DNA of 64,000 bases from Eukaryota sp. TZLM1-RC (Eukaryota; Protista; Metamonada: BaSk clade). The first letter of the stretch is position 1; every line of letters begins with the position of its first letter. Both the position numbers and the translations under genes were made by a program. Under the pieces are notes generated by a model that did not search any database, was not told the DNA's origin, and worked only from the letters and a program-made list of their open reading frames with translations. Where the stretch lies: contig JAUPSS010000004.1 in the NCBI GenBank assembly GCA_040285825.1, forward strand, positions 1,526,088 to 1,590,087. Reading direction: 5' to 3'. This document shows positions 55,001 to 64,000 of the stretch, in pieces.

Positions 55001-58000
55001 GTACGGAAATGAGAAAAACCGCAGAAGGTTGCTCAGGTTGGAAGATCAGATTTTGGGTCTGGTTTCAAACTTCAGATTTTCCAATTTTGACATTGGAATT
55101 TTACCAACCCATAATGCAATTAATTTTGGTTTTGCTTTCCTGTTTTCTGCATGTGTTTGTATATGGCAACGGTAACGCTAATTTCTGTACGATTATCATT
55201 CTTTTGATTAGATTAGTATTTCTTTCAAAATTTTGAGCTTTATGCATCATTGAAACCAATGTTCATGTCATTGATCTGATTTAAATTCTTTGTTGATAAT
55301 CCTTTGCAATTGTTGTGACAATTTATACATGGTTATCTTGCCTTTGAAAAATCGAAACGAATGGCGCAATTTACAGGAGAAGTTTTCAAGTTTATAAATA
55401 GCACCATGTGTTCTTGATCACATTTTGGTGTAAAAAACATTGTTGCGTGAACTTTTACATTGATAAAGAAAATTATTTTACTTTTGTTATTTGACAGAAA
55501 CAAAAATAAATTCTTAAAAATTTACAGTTTCACTTTCATTTTGAATGTATTCTAGAAACAGATATCATTTGTTTGACTTGAATCAAAAGGTGATCGTTTG
55601 TATATGGCAACGGTAACGCTATTTTCTGCACGATTATCATTCTTTTGATTAGGTCAGTATCTTTTCAAAATTTATGAGCTTTATACATCATTAAAACCAA
55701 TGTTCATGTCATTCATTTGATTTGAATTCCTTTGTTGATAATCTTTTACAACATTTGCGACAATTTATACATGGTTATCTTGCCTTTGAAAAATGGAAAC
55801 GAATGGCGCATTTTACAAGAGAAGTTTTCAAGTTTATAAATACAGCATGTGTTCTTGATCACATTTTGGTGTAAAAAACATTGTTGCGTGAACTTTTACA
55901 TTGATAAGAAGTTTTTCTTTTTTATTAAACATAAATAAAAAATAAGTTTAAATTTCATAAATTCAACAAACACTTTTATTGCAAAATCAGTACACGAAAC
56001 TAGATGCTCTATTGATCAAAATACTGCACCAAAAAGCTAAAACAATTTGTCATAGTTTTCATTTGAAATCCCCATTTCTTATATGACAAAAAGACTCCAC
56101 ACTTGACAATAAATCTTTGAATTGTAATATCCATATGAGTGTTTCAAACGCTGTTGAATGTTATTGTGTTTTCACACTTTCTGTGAAAACATGCTTATGC
56201 ACAAGTGATACAAGGCAGGTTTGATACATGAAGAAATGATTTATGTATTCTGTTTCAATGGCAATCTTGAAAACAATAGTGTTGGCAGAAAAGATGATGT
56301 ATGTACTGAAAAGAATACTGTCCAGGAAACTTTATTATGATAGAGTCTTCATCAAGAAGAAAGTACAACGGTGAAGACATCAAGCCAATCCATGAACAAT
56401 TGAGATCAAAAGAGTGATTGAGTCAAACGAAACACTTACAATAACCGATAGGTACAAGATTTACGGAATAGAAATCCAAAATGCGCTAGGCAAGGCTGCT
56501 GCACTGATGGCAATTGTGATGCCTACCCTTCTGCCCCAAGAATCATGGCACTAAGAGTATAATGTGTTTGAAGTTACAGACGCATCCCAAAGTCGGAGTA
56601 CGGAAATGAGAAAAACCGCAGAAGGTTGCTCAGGTTGGAAGATCAGATTTTGGGTCTGGTTTCAAACTTCAGATTTTCCAATTTTGACATTGGAATTTTA
56701 CCAACCCATAATGCAATTAATTTTGGTTTTGCTTTCCTGTTTTCTGCATGTGTTTGTATATGGCAACGGTAACGCTAATTTCTGTACGATTATCATTCTT
56801 TTGATTAGATTAGTATTTCTTTCAAAATTTTGAGCTTTATGCATCATTGAAACCAATGTTCATGTCATTGATCTGATTTAAATTCTTTGTTGATAATCCT
56901 TTTGCAATTGTTGCGACAATTTATACATGGTTATCTTGCCTTTAAAAAAATCGAAACGAATGGCGCAATTTACAGGAGAAGTTTTCAATTTATGAATAGC
57001 ACCACTGGTTTTTGATCACATTTTGGTGTAAAAAACATTGTTGCGTGAACTTTTACATTGATAAAGAAAATTATTTTACTTTTGTTATTTGACAGAAACA
57101 AAAAATAAATTCTTGAAAAATTTACAGTTTCACTTTCATTTTGATTGTATTCTAGAAACAGATATCATTTGTTTGACTTGAATCAAAAGGTGATCGTTTG
57201 TATATAACAACGATAACGCTATTTTCTGCACGATTATCATTCTTTTGATTAGGTCAGTATCTTTTCAAAATTTATGAGCTTTATACATCATTAAAACCAA
57301 TGTTCATGTCATTCATTTGATTTGAATTCCTTTGTTGATAATCTTTTTACAACATTTGCGACAATTTATACATGGTTATCTTGCCTTTGAAAAATGGAAA
57401 CGAATGGCGCATTTTACAAGAGAAGTTTTCAAGTTTATAAATACAGCATGTGTTCTTGATCACATTTTTGGTGTAGAAAAACATTGTTGCATGAACTTTT
57501 ACATTGATAAAGAAAATTATTTTACTTTTGTTATTTGACAGAAACAAAAAATAAATTCCAAAAAATTTACAGTTTCACTTTCATTTTGATTGTATTCTAG
57601 AAACAGATATCATTTGTTTGACTTGAATCAAAAGGTGATCGTTTGTATATAACAACGATAACGCTATTTTCTGCACGATTATCATTCTTTTGATTAGGTC
57701 AGTATCTTTTCAAAATTTATGAGCTTTATACATCATTAAAACCAATGTTCATGTCATTCATTTGATTTGAATTCCTTTGTTGATAATCTTTTTACAACAT
57801 TTGCGACAATTTATACATGGTTATTTTGCCTTTGGAAAAATGGAAACGAATGGCGCATTTTACAAGAGAAGTTTTCAAGTTTATAAATACAACATGTGTT
57901 CTTGATCACATTTTTGGTGTAAAAAAACATTGTTGCGTGAACTTTTACATTGATAAAGAAGTTTTTCTTTTTTATTAAACATAAATAAAAAATAAGTTTA

Positions 58001-60413
58001 AAATTTCATAAATTCAACAAACACTTTTATTGCAAAATCAGTACACGAAACTAGATGCTCTATTGATCAAAAATACTGCACCAAAAAGCTAAAACAATTT
58101 GTCATAGTTTTCATTTGAAATCCCCATTTCTTATATGACAAAAAGACTCCACACTTGACAATAAATCTTTGAATTGTAATATCCATATGAGTGTTTCAAA
58201 CGCTGTTGAATGTTATTGTGTTTTCACACTTTCTGTGAAAACATGCTTATGCACAAGTGATACAAGGCAGGTTTGATACATGAAGAAATGATTTATGTAT
58301 TCTGTTTCAATGGCAATCTTGAAAACAATAGTGTTGGCAGAAAAGATGATGTATGTACTGAAAAGAATACTGTCCAGGAAAACTTTATTATGATAGAGTC
58401 TTCATCAAGAAGAAAGTACAACGGTGAAGACATCAAGCCAATCCATGAACAATTGAGATCAAAGAGTGATTGAGTCAAACGAAACACTTACAATAACCGA
58501 TAGGTACAAGATTTACGGAATAGAAATCCAAAATGCGCTAGGCAAGGCTGCTGCACTGATGGCAATTGTGATGTCTACCCTTCTGCCCCAAGAATCATGG
58601 CACTAAGAGTATAATGTGTTTGAAGTTACAGACGCATCCCAAAGTCGGAGTACGGAAATGAGAAAAACCGCAGAAGGTTGCTCAGGTTGGAAGATCAGAT
58701 TTTGGGTCTGGTTTCAAACTTCAGATTTTCCAATTTTGACATTGGAATTTTACCAACCCTAATGCAATTAATTTTGGTTTTGCTTTCCTGTTTTCTGCAT
58801 GTGTTTGTATATGGCAACGGTAACGCTAATTTCTGTACGATTATCATTCTTTTGATTAGATTAGTATTTCTTTCAAAATTTTGAGCTTTATGCATCATTG
58901 AAACCAATGTTCATGTCATTGATCTGATTTAAATTCTTTTGTTGATAATCCTTTTGCAATTGTTGTGACAATTTATACATGGTTATCTTGCCTTTAAAAA
59001 AATCGAAACGAATGGCGCAATTTACAGGAGAAGTTTTCAATTTATGAATAGCACCACTGGTTTTTGATCACATTTTGGTGTAAAAAACATTGTTGCGTGA
59101 ACTTTTACATTGATAAAGAAAATTATTTTACTTTTGTTATTTGACAGAAACAAAAAATAAATTTTAAAAAATTTACAGTTTCACTTTCATTTTGAATGTA
59201 TTCTAGAAACAGATATCGTTTGTTTGACTTGAATCAAAAGGTGATCGTTTGTATATGGCAACGGTAACGCTATTTTCTGCACGATTATCATTCTTTTGAT
59301 TAGGTCAGTATCTTTTCAAAATTTATGAGCTTTATACATCATTAAAACCAATGTTCATGTCATTCATTTGATTTGAATTCCTTTGTTGATAATCTTTTTA
59401 CAACATTTGCGACAATTTATACATGGTTATCTTTGCCTTTGAAAAATAATCGGAAACGAATGGCGCATTTTACAAGAGAAGTTTTCAAGTTTATAAATAC
59501 AACATGTGTTCTTGATCACATTTTTGGTGTAAAAAAACATTGTTGCGTGAACTTTTACATTGATAAAGAAATTTTTCTTTTTTATTAAACATAAATAAAA
59601 AATAAGTTTAAAATTTCATAAATTCAACAAACACTTTTATTGCAAAATCAGTACACAAAACTAGATGCTCTATTGATCAAAAATACTGCACCAAAAAGCT
59701 AAAACAATTTGTCATAGTTTTCATTTGAAATCCCCATTTCTTATATGACAAAAAGACTCCACACTTGACAATAAATCTTTGAATTGTAATATCCATATGA
59801 GTGTTTCAAACGCTGTTGAATGTTATTGTGTTTTCACACTTTCTGTGAAAACATGCTTATGCACAAGTGATACAAGGCAGGTTTGATACATGAAGAAATG
59901 ATTTATGTATTCTGTTTCAATGGCAATCTTGAAAACAATAGTGTTGGCAGAAAAGATGATGTATGTACTGAAAAGAATACTGTCCAGGAAAACTTTATTA
60001 TGATAGAGTCTTCATCAAGAAGAAAGTACAACGGTGAAGACATCAAGCCAATCCATGAACAATTGAGATCAAAACAGTGATTGAGTCAAACGAAACACTT
60101 ACAATAACCGATAGGTACAAGATTTACGGAATAGAAAGCCAAAATGCGCTAGGCAAGGCTGCTGCACTGATGGCAATTGTGATGTCTACCCTTCTGCCCC
60201 CAAGAATCATGGCACTAAGAGTATAATGTGTTTGAAGTTACAGACGCATCCCAAAGTCGGAGTACGGAAATGAGAAAAACCGCAGAAGGTTGCTCAGGTT
60301 GGAAGATCAGATTTTGGGTCTGGTTTCAAACTTCAGATTTTCCAATTTTGACATTGGAATTTTACCAACCCATCATCCAATAGATTTTGGTTCTGTTGAT
60401 TTGTTTTTGTATA
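31042..60413 (+). repeat. Expanded IGS modular array, 16 L and about 25 S: S L L L L 3S L 3S L 2S L 2S L 3S L 3S L S L 2S L S L S L 2S L S L
   Basis: L anchors at ~31844, 32999, 34155, 35303, 37790, 40293, 42349, 44384, 46880, 49353, 50963, ~53012, ~54624, ~56221, 58273 and 59883. Spacings fit ~1150 + n x ~447. Confidence 0.93.
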
Positions 60414-60968
60414 AACACGAATCAAAGATTTCTAGTTATAGCATTTGCTGGTGTTGTTTTACAGTGATGACCATTATGGTCTAAAATTGTGGATTTTACA
60501 AAAAGGTTCTTTGTTTTATACAAATTGATTCAAAATCATCCAAATGAGATCAGACCACAAAAAATGGCGAAACGTGAAATGGGGGTCAGGAAATGAAAGA
60601 AATTTTCATTTTTTTATCCCATTTCGGAAAGTACTTGCTATTTGATCATTTTCAATTGATTGTTTTTAAATAATTTATGAAAATGTGAAAACAGCTCAAT
60701 TGTTCATGTTGAACAAAATTTTGGTGTTGTATGTAAGCCTTAATGGAAACATTAAATTTTACTACACGTGTCGAATTTTATGGGAAATCATTTTTGATTG
60801 AAAATTTAAATTGACACATCAATAAGATTTGATTACATTTATCAGGATGTAATGGATCTTTATGGAAAGCACAAATGATCAACATTGATACAATCATAAT
60901 TGATTGATTTCACAAAAGGTAACATTTATGAAATTTTCTGGTTTTTAATCGGAATGTTTTATTGTTGA
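60414..60968 (+). other. Unique pre-18S leader (probable 5'-ETS)
   Basis: Near-identical to 12410-12962. Confidence 0.75.
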
Positions 60969-62058
60969 TACCTGGTTGATCCTGCCAGTAGGCATATGCT
61001 TGTCTCAAAGATTAAGCCATGCATGTCTAAGTTCAGGAGTTTTCTCCGAAACAGCGAATGGCTCATTAAATCAGTGATAATTTATTTGATAGTACTTACT
61101 ACTTGGATAACCGTGGTAATTCTAGAGCTAATACATGCAGCAAATACTTCTTTTGAAGTATGCATTTATTAGATACAAAACCAATCCTGGCAACAGGTCT
61201 TTGGTGAATCATAATAACTATGCTGATCGCATGTCTTCGGACGGCGACATATCATTTAAATCACTGCCCTATCAACTAAATCGTAAGGTAGTGGCTTACG
61301 ATGGTGATGACGGGTAACGGGGAATTAGGGTTTGATTCCGGAGAGGGAGCCTGAGAAATGGCTACCACATCCAAGGAAGGCAGCAGGCGCGAAAATTACC
61401 CAATCTCATTACGAGGAGGTAGTGACAAAAAATAACAATACTGGGCTCTTTTGAGTTCGTAATTGGAATGAGTACAACTTAAAACCTTTAACGAGGAGCT
61501 ACTAGAGGGCAAGTCTGGTGCCAGCAGCCGCGGTAATTCCAGCTCTAGTAGTGTATCTTAAAATTGCTGCGTTTAAATCGTCCGTAGTTGAATCTCAGAA
61601 TTTGCGTATCTTCAGGTTTTCCTGTTGGTAAACAGATTCTTCTGTCTGAGGACACTAGTCATTTGCTTCGGCGGTGGCTATTGAATTCAGACCGTTTACT
61701 TTGAAAAAATTAGAGTGTTCAAAGCAGGCTTTATGCAATTGAATAACTTAGCATGGAATAATAGAATAGGACTTTGGTTCTGTTTTTATTGGTTTTGAGA
61801 ACTAGAGTAATGATTAAAAGGGACAGTTGGGGGCATTAGTACTCCGGTGTCAGAGGTGAAATTCTTGGATTGCCGGATGACTAACTACTGCGAAAGCATT
61901 TGCCAAAGATGTTCTCATTAATCAAGGTCGAAAGTTGGGGGATCGAAGACGATTAGACACCGTCGTAGTCTCAACCATAAACTATGCCGACTAGGGATTA
62001 GTAGGCGTTAAATACGACCCTATTAGCACCTTATGGGAAACCATAAGTTCTTGGGTAA

Positions 62059-62117
<59 letters not shown>

Positions 62118-62565
62118 TTGTGGAGCCTGCGGCTTAATCTGACTCAACACGGAGAAACTTACCAGGTCCAGACGTGATAAGGATTGACAGATTGATAGCT
62201 CTTTCATGATCTTACGGTTAGTGGCGCATGGCCGTTCTTAGTTGGTGGAGTGATTTGTCTGGTTAATTCCGATAACGAACGAGATCTAAATTGCTAACTA
62301 GTTTTATTCTATTTTCGGATAGTTTGAACTTCTTAGCGAGACTGCTGTGGTTTTTACACAGAGGAAGGTTTAGGCAATAACAGGTCTGTGATGCCCTTAG
62401 ATGTTCTGGGCCGCACGCGCTACAATGGTAGGTACAACGAGTTTGTCCTTAACCGAAAGGTTTGGGTAATCTTGTGAATACCTATCTTGACTGGGATAGA
62501 TCCTTGCAATTATGGGTCTTGAACGAGGAATAACTTGTAAGTGCATGTCATCAGCATGCGCTGAA

Positions 62566-62611
<46 letters not shown>

Positions 62612-62751
62612 GATGTTGAGGTGAAATGTTTGGACTCAATGGGTTAAGCTGCAAAGCAAGACTTGTTGGGAAAATTCAGTGAATCTTTGCATCTAGAGGA
62701 AGGAGAAGTCGTAACAAGGTATCCGTAGGTGAACCTGCGGATGGATCATTG
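60969..62751 (+). rRNA. 18S rRNA: 18S rRNA (unit 3)
   Basis: Same motifs; a 2-nt GC deletion near 62420 may be an assembly error. Confidence 0.99.
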
Positions 62752-62849
62752 TCGTTTGTGAGCTTGGCTTGCCAAGTTTCACTTTAACTGAAACCTAATA
62801 CCGAACCAACCCTTTTTATTATAAAAACTAATAGTTTCTATGAAACATC
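62752..62849 (+). other. ITS1
   Basis: Copy of the unit 1 ITS1. Confidence 0.9.
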
Positions 62850-63010
62850 CAACTTTCAGTGATGGATGTCTCGGCTCCTTTATCGATGAAGAACGCAGCG
62901 AATTGCGATACGTAATGTGAATTGCAGAATCTGTGAATCATCGAAACTTTGAACGCAAATGGTAGTTCTTTAGAGCTTCGGCTTTATTGAACTATACTTG
63001 AATCAGCGTC
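62850..63010 (+). rRNA. 5.8S rRNA: 5.8S rRNA (unit 3)
   Basis: Copy of unit 1. Confidence 0.97.
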
Positions 63011-63173
63011 GTCTTTTATTTTTTTCCATTTCGGATAATTGGAATTGAAGGTTACTTCTTTTTCTTAAATAATCAAATATATGATTGACTTTTTGTCAAC
63101 ATTTATTGTTGAAGGCAACTTTTACATTAATTGACGACTCATCTCTTTCATATATTGTCTTTTTAGACATCAT
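63011..63173 (+). other. ITS2
   Basis: Copy of the unit 1 ITS2. Confidence 0.9.
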
Positions 63174-64000
63174 TTCGACCTGATTTCAAGTAAGATCACC
63201 CCCTGGACTTAAGCATATCAATAAGGGGAGGAAAAGAAAATAACTATGATTTCCTTAGTAGCGGCGAGCGAACAGGAAAAAGCTCAAGACTGAATCTTTA
63301 TGATCTTTAGATTGTGAAGAGTTGTAGTCTATGGAAACCAGTATTCGGTTCTCGATGTATAAGTCCTTTGGAAAAGGGTATCATGGAAGGTGAAAATCCT
63401 GTAAATGACATCGAAGTAATTGATTCACTACTGATTTTCCGAGAGTCGCGCTGTTTGGGAATGCAGCGTTAAATGTGGGGTAAGTTTCCCATAAAGCTAA
63501 ATATAAAAAGGAGACCGATAGTTCACAAGTACCGTGAGGGAAAGGTGAAAAAGAACTCTGAAGAGAGAGTTAAAAGTACCTGAAATCACTGAAAGGATAA
63601 GCGATTGGAACTTGATATTGATAGCTTCGGCTGTCTTGCGTTGGAGTGATTTTTGAAAATTGAGTGATTGTGGGGAAGGTAGCTATAATGAACTTCGGTT
63701 TATTGTAGTGTTATAGCCTCATAAATTGTTCTTTTTAAGAATCAGGAATACGGTTTTACCGAGACTCCAACATAAAAGGTTCAATTGTCCCGTCTTGAAA
63801 CACGGACCAAGGAGTGTATCTCTTCTGCAAGTCGTAGGGTGTAAAAACCTGAAGGCGAAATGAAAAGTAATTTTATGAGGGAAGTTTCGACTGCACCCTC
63901 AACCAGTCCTTGCAAAGGGATCTGAGTATGAGCAGAATGGATACGACCCGAAAGCCGCTGAACTATGCCTGAATAGGATGAAGCCAGGGGAAACTCTGGT
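63174..64000 (+). rRNA. 28S rRNA: 28S rRNA (unit 3), 5' part, truncated by the window end
   Basis: Matches the first ~830 nt of the unit 1 28S. Confidence 0.98.

Noticed and set aside
31042-60413. CRISPR-like array (constant repeat with variable spacers)
   Set aside because: There are only two spacer types, the units are hundreds of bp long, no cas genes are present, and the context is eukaryotic rDNA.

Overview
This window is a tandem array of eukaryotic nuclear rDNA, all on the + strand, from an AT-rich and sequence-divergent organism that I cannot assign (probably a protist). It holds two complete 18S-ITS1-5.8S-ITS2-28S units (12963-18466, 24838-30341) and a third that is cut off at the window end (60969-64000). 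The intergenic spacers differ greatly in length: more than 12.9 kb, 6.4 kb and 30.6 kb. They are built from two repeat systems. The first is a ~459-bp tandem repeat whose unit is the last ~70 nt of the 28S gene plus the downstream 3'-ETS/terminator-like region. The second is a modular array in which a constant ~314-bp core (C) alternates with either a short ~130-bp module (S) or a long ~830-850-bp module (L). Every spacer ends L-S-L, followed by a ~553-bp unique leader and the 18S gene. I find no credible protein-coding gene, intron, R1/R2 element, tRNA, CRISPR array or convincing 5S gene. The listed ORFs are rRNA shadow ORFs or chance ORFs in repeats. Frequent homopolymer-length differences suggest a long-read assembly, so copy numbers need checking against raw reads. 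rRNA ends are approximate to a few nt.
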